A DNA stretch of 63,906 bases, the filler included, from Octopus bimaculoides (lineage: Eukaryota): NCBI RefSeq assembly GCF_001194135.2. It is 5 parts of 5 records of this genome, joined end to end, with 100 filler letters (N's around TTAATTAATTAA, not from the genome) between each part and the next. Parts side by side here need not be neighbours in the genome. Positions count along the whole stretch, not along the records: positions 37,253 to 54,037 come from NC_068985.1; 4 more parts are not named here. One strand, written 5' to 3'. The position numbers and the translations under genes were made by a program. The notes under the pieces were generated by a model. The model did not search any database. It was not told the DNA's origin and saw nothing but the letters and a program-made list of their open reading frames with translations. Below, piece after piece: positions 38,070 through 51,583 of the stretch (the stretch's first letter is position 1; every line of letters starts with the position of its first letter).

Positions 38070-38326
38070 TGTGTGTGTGTGTATGTATGTGTGTGTGTGT
38101 GTGTGTGTGTGTATTTGTGCGTCTGTGTTGTCCCCCCCCCCCAACATCGTTTGACAAGCGATGCTGGTGTGCTTACGTCCCCTTAACATTAGCGGTTCCG
38201 CAAAATGGTCCGATAGAATAAATACTAGGTTTGCAAAAATAAGTCCTGGAGTCGATTTGCTCGACTAAAGTCGGTGCTCCAGCATGGCCGCAGTGAAACA
38301 ACTGAAACAAGTAAAAGAGTAAAATA
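37863..38326 (+). mobile_element. tRNA-derived SINE family B, full length with an internal (TA)n(TG)n
   Basis: A box TGGCTGTGTGG, B box GGTTCAGTCCC, central CTTTGGGCAAGTGTCTTCTAC and tail GGTGCTCCAGCATGGCCGCAG..AAGTAAAAGAGTAAAA. Confidence 0.9.
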
Positions 38327-40239
38327 GTGTTAGCTATCAGTTTTTTGCTTGACACAATATGTAATATACCGTTGCCTTACGACATGATTTCCCTCGAATA
38401 CATTCGGGGCCAGGGTTAAGCAAGTACCTCAGTACACAAGCGGTTATGCTAAATGGTTTAATGTTAGCTGCCACGCTTTACTTGGCACAATATTATTCCT
38501 TAATGATATTTTTCCTGTTCAGTTACTTTATGTATAACTTGTTCCTAGTAGTCTTGAGACATGCACATTGTTGAAGTTAACGACATATTTGTTAGAGAAA
38601 TATGCTTGTGCTGAATATGTTTGAATCATATATCTTATGTTGTCCCGGAAGAATTTAATGCCATGAATAAAACTAATATATTTTAAGTAGTGTAAATGTG
38701 CTCCGTATATCAGTTATTCTCTGGTAAATGCTGCCGTTTGTTCTGTGGAAATTATAACTTCATTCAAATGCTTATTTCATAAATTTGTTATACTGGATTC
38801 GCTTTAATATTATAAAATTGCTTAAATCTGTGCATTCCGTTATAAATGATGCCTTTGATCGATTGCATAGCCCACGTTTGTACATTCATCTGAATAAATC
38901 GTTTAAATACCATAATAACTCTGCTTTAGATAGCCACACTTTGTCCACATTTCTCATATAAAAATCCATATCAAAATTCAGTGTTTCTTTGTAGACAAAA
39001 TTCGTTATGCAAAACACTTTATGTTCCAGATTTAACGGTCAATGGTAACATAAAAGGGAATATTGAAATCGTTTCAGTTACAAGGTTTACTGTATTTGCT
39101 CTGTCTAAGCCTAACATTGATTCAATGTTCTGAATAAATAAATTTATTTCCTCTTAAAAACACCAATGTGCAATGCAACTCATGCTCTCTGCACAGTATC
39201 AGCAATATAGTTTATGTTTATGCGAATACAAACACTTAGACAACATTTCACGAATACATATTTTCATATCTTTTCAAAATAAATTCCCCAACTTTTGTCC
39301 ATATGTGTTTATATTTATATTTTAAACGATATTCATAATAATATCTAAAATAGAGTGAAAAACGCAGCAGAAATTTTATGATTTCGAGTACATTTTTATC
39401 TCAATATACAGACAGTAATGTGATTAATGATGAGTTTCCAACGAGTGAATCAATGATACTCTGCAATCCTTCCAGCGGGAACAATGAACGTAACCTCGTG
39501 ATATTCAGGCGAATATCAACAAGAAAATGTTTGCTTTAACATGGAACTAGGATATACAAAGTTCTGAATATAACGATTGATGCAAACTACCTTGGTTGAT
39601 CCTATATTAAACCATGTAATTCTAAATATGTGCATTGCATTCAAATTTCAAAAAGCAATAAAAGGTTATTTGCATCAAACGAAATACACTGTTTACTATA
39701 CGGATATGTTCGTACTTTGTTGTTCGTGTTGCATTAATGAGACGCAAATACAACGAAATCATAAAATATTCAAAGAGCTCGGTTGCTTTTGGTACTATTT
39801 TATTTAGAGTATTAAATTTGAAAATAGGTACTTAGAATATTTTAAGAATTATATTCTCTGGAAAATACTTCTTAAATCATTATTATTCATAATGTGCCAC
39901 TTATTTCATACATGAATTTATATCATTCCCATTAAATATTCGTACATTTTATGAGGTCAGGTCACTATTAGATTAATTTATTGAAATTTTCAAGCAAATA
40001 CATTTTCCCAAAGAGATCCACATGGCATTTTTAAAAGTTGAAATACAAATTTAGATACTTTCCTTGAGTGTTGCCTGAAGCAAAGGACTGCTTAAAATCA
40101 GGTATGAAAATTGAACAGGACCATTTTCGCCATTGAATTGTATCTCCAATATCTTGAATATTTGCAAGGAAATAAATAAACGCAGTAACAGATAATTGAC
40201 TCTGTACGTATCGGTCATTTTATATCGATTTTTTAATGA

Positions 40240-40291
<52 letters not shown>

Positions 40292-40765
40292 TTGCGTATT
40301 TGTGTATGTGTATGTGTGTGATGGTTGTGCGCACGCATACATATTTGCATATATATTAATGGTCATGTGAAAATATTTATTTGCATTTCTCCAGTTTTGA
40401 TGGATTAGTAATTTTCATTTTAACACAGGTATTTTGAAGTATGACTAACATAAAATAGCAACGATCTAATACACATCGGCTTCTTTCTAACTTTTCTAAT
40501 GGTATCTTGGGCTATATATTCATACTTATGTATTTTTATATTAGTCAAGAAAACACTTTTGCTTTAAATAACATGTTAGCGTTCATATAAAAATGTCTGT
40601 CTGTCAGTCTTCACAACTGACTGACATCATCTTCTCATATATACGAACTATTTTGAAGAGTGATTTCGGGATGTTTTTCCTGTCCAAATTTTCATGCTCA
40701 TGTATGCACAGATATATTTCGTTACTTTACCTACTTTGTTGATGTATTACCAATGTAAAACAACA

Positions 40766-41389
40766 TTACAGTGCACGCATGCATGTGTACGCAAATTCCT
40801 TGTTGTAGTCGGCTGCTTTTAATTTAACAGTGTGTGATGTTGCATGCCCTATTTTGATATAAGCCTCATAGCGTTTATTACTCTCTGGGTTTTGAAGAAT
40901 TTCAGTTCTGAACTCATTGAGAACTGAAGGTCGAGTCACTATAATGAGTCCTGCTTTGCTTGACAAAGGAAACATATTTTGTTGACATGATTTTACACAG
41001 CAAATACTTCATTTTTACTTAAAATAGTCAGATACATCACACAAAATATAATAGAGACATTGGGTGTTGAAGTATATTAGTTTTATATTTTGAGGTGACT
41101 TTTCATTGGTTTATTTCTCAAATAATATCTGTCCGTTATATTTATCAATGTATGTGACAATTGTCATCAAATTCCCCTTGGCATGTAAAATATGTTTCAA
41201 GTTACTTAGAGTCTCTGAAATTCTCCAAGCTACTTACATTTTTCCTCCAGATTCTGAGGCTGTACTTCGTTGGTTATAGATGGGATAGAGCTCAAAGAAT
41301 GACGTAAACATATCTTGTTCAGCAATCCAGATCTTCCTCCAGAGGGACGGATTACGAGTGATTGGTTCCGTACATTCGGCTATACTCAT
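40766..41389 (-). CDS. Weak candidate two-exon ORF (41238-41389 and 40766-40958), 114 aa, product unknown
   Basis: Consensus donor AAAAT|GTAAGT at 41237 and acceptor TTTCCTTTGTCAAG| at 40959 are phase-compatible (phase 2). No recognisable domain. Confidence 0.2.
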
Positions 41390-43371
41390 CGAGCATGCTC
41401 TACCACTGTTGCTTGCCGATTTTTCTTTTTGTCTGTCTTACATCTTCGTGATGAGAAATCAACTGCCACTTGGATTAGAGTTTTCTTTTTCTTTCGCTAT
41501 GTGAGGGATGCCCAAGTAGTGAGCGTATTCATACTCAGACGTCATTTGCTCCTGGAGCTACTGATAAGTTTCAAAATGTTTAAGAGTTTCCGGAGACTTT
41601 TATGGCTTGTTGCAGTTTACGTGTTTATTAACATGTCTGACATCCGCGTCTCTATCTAATAATCCTATAATCTTAACCTAGTGACTGCTTTAACTTGATG
41701 GACTTCGAACCTACTCTTCCAAAGTAATTCATAATTAGTAGTCGTGCCTTTAGAAATCTGGAAGTCGGGAATATTTCAACCAACTTCACCCGAATTTGTT
41801 GTATAATGCCTCCATTGATTCCATTTGTGTCATTAAGAACTCATTAAATAACAGATCAACTCAGCTGCATCCAAATACAAATCACTGCTCAATGTTTTCA
41901 CAGACTAACAATTGTGAAAGCAACTCTTTTAATTGATGCATGTATTTTTATATTTGTGCTTATAATTTTGTCTCTATAAAATTGAGCATGTGAAAAACAT
42001 TGCCAATTCGTTATATTGCCAGGCATTTCAGAGACGAATTTCAGAAACAAATGACAAAATATAACCATATGTATTCAAAATATTATCATATTTTGTTTTG
42101 GAAGGGAGAATCTGACAGAAACACCAAATGATTGGTAACATGGAATACTGATGTAACTGTGAAGATGATATAATATATCCAATGTAAATACGCAGCAGCT
42201 GTTCACAATTCTATCTACATATAATATTGGTTTTCTATAAATCGTTCGATATTTTTTTTTTCTCTCATACGCACTGTCGTTATGTAGCCTTGATCTGGTA
42301 CCATCCATCTCTGTTTTACATGTGTTATATTAATTCTAGATATCATCTATGTTATGACCTATCTTCAGCACATGAAATACAAATTTATATTTAACTTAAT
42401 ATGATATCAGCAAATAGTGTAGTGCGTAAGAAGAGAGAACATATGTGCATCATTATATTCCTGTGCCAGTATTGTCCTAGAATACGCTATCATATTGATT
42501 ATCGGAGAAAACACAAAGCGAAGTTATATGTACATAAAACAATATAGTTTTGATTAATAACGTGCGGTACCTAAAGCTGTTGCACATTATTCACCTAAAC
42601 CGCTTTATCGAATAGCTTAAACGAATGATTAGTGAATATTTAAATGTAGAATTCGTACGAAGAACGACATTCACAAATGTTTTAAATGCATTAATGTGTG
42701 CATACGCAAGCATGTCTCTATGTTTCTGTGTGTGTGCAACTTAATACCTATACTAAAAATTACAAATACGGAAAAAATCGCCAAACCGTGAATGTTGGGA
42801 GCTATTTGAAATAACGAAACGAAACACAGGCTCCTTCATAAACTTACAACCTCAACTATTTTTCAAGTCAATTGTGTGTTCTGTACTTTTGCCGATTCCA
42901 GTCTTAGTGAATCGTCTAAATGTTTTACAGACGCGCAGCTTTAATAAAATCAAATAACTCAAGTTCTGAGGTACAAATTATTGAAAATTCCTCTTCTGTA
43001 AGGCAGAGAGGCAGTATATGAACGAGAGTCAAAGTGAAATTGCAGTACTATACAATTGCTAGTCTTCCTCGTATTAGGGAACGTAGCCATCTTCTTTTTC
43101 AATAAGATGCATATAATATAAAAAAAAAGATCACTTATTAAGATCATTTTTAACGCAGTTCGAAGAAAACAGATTCCATCACCATTTGCAACGAGATGTG
43201 CTGGATGTAAAACAGAATTCGATATATTTTATGTTATATAATTGAATACATATAATACGAGCAGTCATATGTCTCAAATGTCATTTTTAAAGAAATGCTC
43301 TACTTACATCATTATGTATTATGCGTTGCATTTATGCAGTCTAAGATATATGTATATGTGTGCATGTATGC

Positions 43372-43402
<31 letters not shown>

Positions 43403-44129
43403 GGAGACAGAGAAGGAGAGATAGATAGAGAGAGAAACTATTACGGGTGTAGCTAAACATTCGAGATTCCAGCGGAACCTAACACCACTTTCGGAAAGTT
43501 GGATATTTGGTTTCTATTATTCCATGTTCTTCAACTGACGTTTGTATTTGCTGGACATTTAATTGGATTGAGATAGCATGGAGTGTAAATTTAGTCACTC
43601 ATTTCCCCAGGTATTGTGGAAGAAAGAGATAATCATCGGGAAAATGTTCCATGGTAAATCATCTTCAATGGGGTATAATGATAGAAACGGGCCTAAATTT
43701 TGCTATTGTTCATGTACTATTTTCTCCTCATAATACGCATAGCAGTTTCTCATATTTACAACGGTGAATATCCATTTCCCTCGCCTTGCGTTCGTTTCAT
43801 ACGTCAGTAAGCAAATATGCTGCTCTGATTTCCTTCAACCATTTTTTTTTTCTCCAGTACTGAATTGTCTGCTGCGATTCTACATTCTTTATGCCTTTGT
43901 TTTTGTTTTTCTAAGATTTCTTGTTCTGCGGCTGCTGTCAGAAAGAACAGAAAATATGTCTGCTTCAGTAGACGTCAATGTCGAAATCAGCACTCTATGA
44001 AGGTTTGGTAACTGACATAGCAGTATCGGGTTTTCAATTTGGAGCGTTGCTGGTAGTGGTGGTAGTATTGGAAGAAAGTTTGTTGTTGTTTTTATATTCT
44101 TGCTGCTTATTGTTTCCTTCTTTTTTAAT

Positions 44130-44310
44130 CATTTACATGTTTTAGTCATTAAACTGCGGTCATGCTGGAGCATCGCCCTGAAAAGTTTTTTCTAGTAGAA
44201 AGTATCGACCCAAGTACTTATTTTTGAAACACATATCTTTTTGCTTAACCTCTAAGTTACGGGGACGTAAACACACCAGCACCGGAGGTCAACAGGTGGT
44301 ACACAAAAAA
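44130..44310 (-). mobile_element. SINE family B 3' fragment
   Basis: GCGGTCATGCTGGAGCATCGCC..ATCGACCCAAGTACTTA..CTAAGTTACGGGGACGTAAACACACCAGCACCGG. Confidence 0.8.
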
Positions 44311-45917
44311 CACAAACAGATATTCTCTTCTAGTAGTGGTTTTACTCGAAGGAGATATTTGCGAAGTGTTACACTACTTTTGAATACTGCTCTGATGTCA
44401 TATGGGCCGCATATATTTTTATATATTTTCGGAGAGACCTTTCATATGGGGTAATTGTAAATAGTCAAAATCTATATAATTATTTGTATATAACACCCAC
44501 GTTAGAAATAACTACATCACGACGAACGTTTACATTCACACGTGCATAGACACAGCCGCGCACACGTAGCATATGCATTATTCATTATGAAAATAAATGA
44601 TGTAAAATTACGGAATACATATCAATTGTAGTTCTATTTATTTTACCTGATGCAATCACCAAGTACATTAAGATTGTAATAATCAATCAATGATTCTTCT
44701 GTGCGAAATATGGTTTTCTGTTCTCTCTCTCTCTCTCTTTCCTTTCGAGAATGCTTATATGATATGTATGTATACATAGGACAGAAAGTGTAATTTGAAT
44801 TTAGGGAGAGTAACTAATCAGAAGTGAGAGTGACAAAAATGTTATCTGGAAAAATAAAGCATATTTGTGGAGAAGCTACAAAATGCATGTCCATATGTAT
44901 TTGTGTCACATGTAATTCTACCTAGCCAGCAATATATTTGGATTCGAGTATTATATTCGTAAATAACTAAATGCTCGAGAATTGTACTGAAAAAGTGATT
45001 TGGATCCGGAATTACATGCTCTTACCTCAAACGATTCATTTACTTGCATATTTATTCCATCTTAAATAACTGATGAGAACATGTTCTCTTATTGTGTTGC
45101 ATATTTCGTAAGGTATCTTAGAATAAACTACAGTTATTCTAATATAAATCCCAAAGAACGGAAGTAATATATCACTGCTTACTAGGAAACACATTGTAAG
45201 AAGTTGAACGTTTCTTTTTATTATTCTATGTAATGCATCGAGGTTATATCTCAAGAAACACATTGTATACAACATCTGTAATACTCTATATACAATAATA
45301 AGATAAGAAATGGCGCTGAACTTTGTCGTCTTTTTCTCTTTAAATACTACAATGCGATCAATATAGTTACAACTTCATGGGAGACAACATGATTTTATTT
45401 TTTAATAATAAATAAGAATCTAATTTCGATTACGACTGAAGATTTCAGGCAAATGTGGTATTAAATGTTTTCTTTGGTATTAGACGAAAGTGTTCGATTT
45501 GAATCGCACGTAGGTAATTAGTGTTCCTTTCACAGAAGGTAGCACTATATAACCTTAGTGTTGTCTTTTATTTGTATTTGAATAATTCAGGCTACGCTAG
45601 TATAAGTAAACTCCACCATAAGATCATTGAGCAGGTTCTGATTATGTACTATAACAAAAATTATGGAGCGTCCCTTTTACACAAACTTTTTAACAAAACT
45701 TATTCTTTTGAATGCGTGAAAACAAATTGTTATACATTTCTAATTCATTGATGCTATTTGTGAAAATTATTACAAACTCAACAATTCAGAGTCAATAGCT
45801 TCGTATATGTTTTGTACCGTGATTATAAATACATCTTGTTGTGACTATTGTATTTTTGTTTTTCCTTTTAAAGCTCTAACGATTTCACTTGAGACAGGAA
45901 CGCAAAACTGCAATTAC

Positions 45918-46005
45918 CTCTTATGTTCAGCCAATGAGATGATCCTTTCGTTAATGTCATCTGAACATTGATCATATCTTCATGCTTAGTATTATCTACT
46001 TTCCT
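45918..46005 (-). CDS. Candidate 88-nt internal exon (RKVDNTKHEDMINVQMTLTKGSSHWLNIR), product unknown
   Basis: Acceptor GTTGTTATTTCTGGTTCCAG| and donor AGAG|GTAATT; only one frame is open. Confidence 0.25.
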
Positions 46006-47958
46006 CTGGAACCAGAAATAACAACAGCAGATCGAGAATTTATTATATATGTAAAACGACATTATTTGTCCGTGTGATATATATCAATTAGTCCATTTCC
46101 GTTTCATCAACTGCAAATACATATGTTATATTCACATTTTTAAACAGTTCTTTCTGTTCTCGACTGCGGATAAGAAACGGCAATTGTTGTATTCTTGACA
46201 TCTATTCAAAGCAGAAAAACAACTGTCAGCGTCTTTTCTCTTGATTTCACTTAGATACGTACTCTTAATGTATGTCAGGCTCGGAGAAGGACTGATTTGT
46301 GACGTTACTGCTTGTATGTGTGTATCAGTGTGGGTCGGTCCGCGTGTGCGTGTGTTCAGGCATGCATATATGTGCGTGTGTTCCAGAAAATGATGTTTAT
46401 TATAATTGCGAAATAACAAATTAAAAGAAACAAAGATAAATCTGTGGAGGACAGAAGTTTGTAATCAACACCTTTTTCTTCATACATTTCCTGAAGAACC
46501 AGACTTATCACAGAAATATCGATATACCAGACAATAGTACAAAACATTGACCTGTATTTTCAATTATTAATTAGAATTGTTTTTGCTTTAAAAAATATTT
46601 ACAACTTTTAGCAATCACTTTTAGTTGTCTTTTTCTTAACAAAATTGTAATATCATTTTCAATTATCTACACATCGCTTATATCGATTTTCTATATTTCA
46701 CTTAAAATAACGCAAGTGGAGACTGCCATTACATCGAATTTGATGGATTATTGCCTATCTCTATTGTCAGATTATATTGTAATTGTAAACACCATATCAA
46801 TCATATACTATTAAAATTAAAGAAATTATAAAAATTGGAGTTACGATATGCTACAGTAGGTATCATTCTGGTAAATAAACGCAACGTGTGCACGTAACAA
46901 ATGAAATAGTTTTCTTAATAATGTTGAAACACAAGGAAAATCGTGTTGATTATGCAAAACAAATTATGGTTACATATATACTCTTTCGGTCTTTATAAGT
47001 TTTGTGCAGGAAATTCATGAAAGTACATTTTATCCGAATGATCAGGTCGCTGTGTGGTGTGAGAATGTGTATGTGTGACGGAGTTAACTTGGTATAAGTC
47101 ACAAGTGTGTTGAAAATTTTGAGAAAGATGTTTCGAATATGGCCTGTAAGATCTCACGTTTTAATTTCATGTAGTCATCCATCTCTTGGGAACTTAACGA
47201 TTCATATCCTAGCTATTAATATGTGAGTTGTTTAGAAACCGATAACACGTTGACTAAAACTACAACTCAAATTATCTATTAGTGTGTTTGTCCTGTATTA
47301 ACTGTACATCTTTGCGTGAAATAGTTGTATTTAAAAAGTGAAACAGAATTAATGAATTATATGATATGAACAATTTCAGTGAATTGTGAGGATGTATGTC
47401 GCGGTATATATGATGTTTTCAGTTTTCCAACTACGATATATATNNNNNNNNNNNNNNNNNNNNNNNNNNNNNNNNNNNNNNNNNNNNNNNNNNNNNNNNN
47501 NNNNNNNNNNNNNNNNNNNNNNNNNNNNNNNNNNNNNNNNNNNNNNNNNNNNNNNNNNNNNNNNNNNNNNNNNNNNNNNNNNNNNNNNNNNNNNNNNNNN
47601 NNNNNNNNNNNNNNNNNNNATATATTGTCGTTTATATTTTCACAACAGCAGCTTCTAATATTCCATCCACGTATCATGAGGAATAAAGGATAGATGCATG
47701 CGAGTGAATAAGTTTGTATTAAAGTTCTGGATTGTGCGTCTTCCTTAGTGCATTGTTATGCATATAACTTGATGTATAAAAGCATGCTTGACTAGCAGTC
47801 AATTAACAATTTTGTTTCCTTTCCAGTTATTTTCTCTATGTACGTGAAATTGAAATGGCAAACACACTGCATTGAATTGCTGCGTATCGAAGCAAATCGT
47901 ATTATATATGAGGGAGCACAAGAGGAGCTATGTTAAATTTGTGACAAAAAATATTTTA

Positions 47959-48612
47959 TTGGGTTGAGGAATAATTCATAAGCGTTCGTTTTTGCAAATT
48001 TATTTTAAACAAAAAAAACTATAACAATCTAACAATAAGGTGTTGTTTACGACTTCCTTCCGTCGTTCAATAAGTTTTTTGATGCCTCGGCGATGTGATA
48101 GAAATCTGCCGGTCTTGATTCAAAGAAATCTTCCAACAAAGCCCTCAAATCCACATCATTATCGAAAGATACACCGCACAATGCGCTCGAAATCGGTCGA
48201 AGAAGATGGAAATCTGACGGCGCCAAGCCTGGAGAGTATAGAGGACAAGACAGTACTTCCCATTCGAGTCCTTGAATCGCGTGTTTGGTCATATTGGTGA
48301 TGTGAGGAGGGGGGTTGCAGAAGAAAGCCATTTCGCTTACACGGTCTATTTGGCTAAAATGCTCCGTTGAGTCCGTACAGATATTGAACGTAGAACTCCG
48401 CAGTGGGTGTTTGCTTGCGCTCGTGCAGTTTGTAATGAATCATGCCTTCTCTCAACCATCATACACACATCATGCTCTTTCGAGGATAAAGGCCTTTTTT
48501 TTGTTCGCAGAGTCGCTTGTTTGTCAGCGCTGTGCCATTCATTTCGCTGCTTGATATTAACGTAAAGGCACCGTTTTACTTCGCCAATAAAATCAGAGTT
48601 CGATTCCAAGCA
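47959..48612 (-). mobile_element. Truncated mariner transposon (3' half with one TIR)
   Basis: TA-TTGGGTTGAGGAATAATTCAT terminus; WEVLSCPLYSPGLAPSDFHLLR, CLYVNIKQRNEW and QATLRTK. Confidence 0.88.
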
Positions 48613-48641
48613 GTTACCTGAATAATAATAATAATAATAAA

Positions 48642-48675
<34 letters not shown>

Positions 48676-48679
48676 ATTG

Positions 48680-48815
48680 TAACATCGAAAAATACCTTAG
48701 GAATGAGAACCCAGGTTCGAAATTTTCACAAGACACCTGATGAATGCTGCAGGGTATATCAACCGAAACGTTGTGTTAACAACCAAGAAGATGAGGACAA
48801 CTATCCGTCAAATGT
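48680..48815 (+). mobile_element. Penelope-like terminal-repeat fragment with a hammerhead-like motif (48732-48777)
   Basis: GACAC CUGAUGA A UGCUG-cagggUAUAU-CAACC GAAAC GUU GUGUU. The core and stem I are intact; stem II is degenerate (3 of 5 pairs). Confidence 0.65.
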
Positions 48816-50102
48816 AATTAATGGAAATAATATATGAATTATATTATTTTAATGAACCATATCAGTCTTACATACATTCTGGATTTTGTTTCAAAGCACT
48901 CGACCGAAGTCGCTTTTTGTAATGTTCAGTTCTTTTTCATGTAAGAATATGTACGAAATCAATCGGAGAAATTTCTGAGATAAAAAAGCACATATCGGCA
49001 GCCTTTTTTTAAATAGAGTTTTCTTGGAATTTGTTGCATGACTTTTGATGTTACTCTCATAGGTAAATTACGTGTAAGTAATAAGCTTCCGACAAAGAGG
49101 TCTGAAATAAATGATTAAATATATAAATAAGTAAGCGCTTGAGATGGTTCGAAAATATTTCGTATGTGTAGTTGATGTCTGAACGCTAATTCATAATAAA
49201 CACAGAAAAATACAATTTATCAATAATTAATGTCTGACAGATTCGTAATTTCTTTGAAATTCACATGTCAGAGTAAGATTTTATTTGTTTTATTGTAGAG
49301 CTGTACAAGTGGATAAAATTAAGTATTTAGAGGTGATGGTTCATTAATTCGTGGTCGGAAGTTATTCAATGCCAACATCTCTTGAGGAATATACTTATTT
49401 ATCAATATTAATTCCTAATTACTTTCCACTTATTTAATATAATATATATATATATANNNNNNNNNNTGTGTGTGTGTGTGTGTGTGTGTGTATGTAAATG
49501 TGTATGTTTGTGTGTGCACGTATATGAATATATGTGTATATGTAGACAGTCTGGGATATTTTTATGCAGATAGCTTTACAGAAATATATAGAGAGAATAA
49601 TTCTTGTCGTGTGTGTATGTTACGGAAGCAGTTACAGTATATGTATTCTGTAAAATCCCTTTACAAATCTTAAACCACACATATGTCAAAAACCTACCTT
49701 GTAGATGTATTATCAAGAAGGACACAAATTATATTTATTTCGAATAATTGCTTTTCGAATAATTGTTTTCGAACAATTGTTCTCGATCAATTTGCATGAT
49801 AAGCAAAGAAAAGTTAAGTCTCGTGGTTATAAGAGACGAGAGATAAAATAAAGAGATTCTGCTGAAAGAGAGTTTCTAAAAGTATAAAGGTGATTGAAAC
49901 TCAAAATGAAAAGTATATTCTGGAGTTAGATAAACAAAATAATGTATAATTCGTGATGTAACTACACTTACAACTCCAACTTTCTCTCTTTCCCTTTTTT
50001 GCCTTTGGTATCGTAAAATAATGTTTTCGAAATAGCAATTATTAAGTCCCAACAAATATGCAGAAAGAATATATGTAGTTGAATTGTATCCACATTAGTA
50101 TG

Positions 50103-50149
<47 letters not shown>

Positions 50150-51235
50150 AGGGTGATAACAGAGAGAGAGAGAGAGAGAGGGGTGAAGAGCCAGAAATAG
50201 ACCGATAGGGCAGACGATGGTTGTTTTATTCATAATGCGGTGTTGCTGCCTCACCGTTGTCGAGTGTTTAATCAAGCATACATACACAAATAATCAATTT
50301 TGAATTTGTTACATATGTTTTTTTTAAATAACTGTTTGCTAAACGCTTTACTAAGGGACATCAATACTAGCATAGCTCCCGTATCACAAGCCTAAACGCA
50401 CACTCACACACTCAAAATGTGTCTGGGTAAGTGTGTGTGGTTATATGTTTGTTATTTTGTTTACAATGGTTCGATAGGGAGTTAGGGAACATCAACTTGA
50501 AGCACTTCACTAATTGGCTAGACAGCATCACGCAGAGAAGACAGTGAAATAATCAATCATCCTTGCACGGAAGGCATTTGATGAAATATCGTCACTGGTG
50601 TTAGGTAATCGGTTATTTCGGTTATATTCCTAAGAATCCGATGTTAAATGGAAGCTTAAGAACGGCATAAAAGCATAAAAACAGAAGAATCTGTTTTCAA
50701 GTGATTACAATTGTTTCATTAGGAGTTTATTTTTTTCTTATTTCTGAAGTAAGCAAAATGCAGTTATATTACACAGAGCATTATTTTTATAACTCTGAAA
50801 CTCATCAGGCAAACGTGAAGAATGGGTGGACAATAACGTGTGTATTTTGCGAGGGAAGTAGAAAGAAGCCATAGGCAGAAAACGGTAGAAAGGGACTGGG
50901 AGAAGAGAGAAAAAGAGAATGAGTGAAAAAAAAAATGAATGAAATTGAGGAAATAAAAATTATGTTAGGGAAGCATAAAAAGAGGCCGAAGAGAAATATA
51001 TAAACAACAAGATGAAATGAGGGAATGAAAAGATAAATAGAGCAAAGAGAGAGAAGAATGAAGATAATCAAACATGTCTTGTGAGAAAGAAAGCGCATGT
51101 GGAAAGAGGAGGAGAGTAAGGGATTACAAAGAAGGAGATTGGGGAGTGATTGTGTGTTAGTTAACATTGACGCAAATGAAAAGTAATTGGAACATAAAAA
51201 AATACGCACAAGTACTTACATCTACATACATATAT

Positions 51236-51583
51236 ATGGGCGGTTAAGGCAGCGGACTCGCGGTCGTAGGAGCGCGGTTTCGATTCCTAGACCAGGCGTT
51301 GTGAGTGTTTATAGAGTGAAAATACCTAAAGCTCCACGAGTTTCCGGCAGGGGATGGTGGCGAACCCTGCTGCACTCTTTCAGCACAACTTTCTCGCCCT
51401 CTTTCTTTTGTTCCTATATTTCAAAGGGCCAGCCTTGTTACAATCTCAGTCACGCTAAATCTCTCTGAGAGCTACTTTAAGGGTGCACGTGTCTGTGGAG
51501 TGCTCAGCCACTTGCATGTTAGTTTCATGAGCATGCCGCTCCGTTGCTCGGATCAACCGGAAATCGCCTCGTCGCAATCGACG
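51236..51583 (+). mobile_element. tRNA-derived SINE sharing the family C 3' half but with a different head and body
   Basis: Head GCGGTTAAGGCAGCGGACTCGCGG..GGTTTCGATTCC. From ATTTCAAAGGGCCAGCCTTGT onward it matches 19355-19529. Confidence 0.8.

Noticed and set aside
41315-41659. 114-aa plus-strand ORF
   Set aside because: It starts with TTG, is Phe/Leu-rich as expected for the antisense of A-rich sequence, and has no domain similarity I recognise.
46132-46260. Cys pattern SCFSALNRCQEYNNCR reminiscent of a GFR-alpha/GAS1 domain
   Set aside because: It is only a short motif resemblance. There is no convincing splice frame, and another frame over the same bases is also open.
49737-49793. Four degenerate copies of TTTTCGAATAATTG
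   Set aside because: It is a short local tandem duplication with no supporting context.
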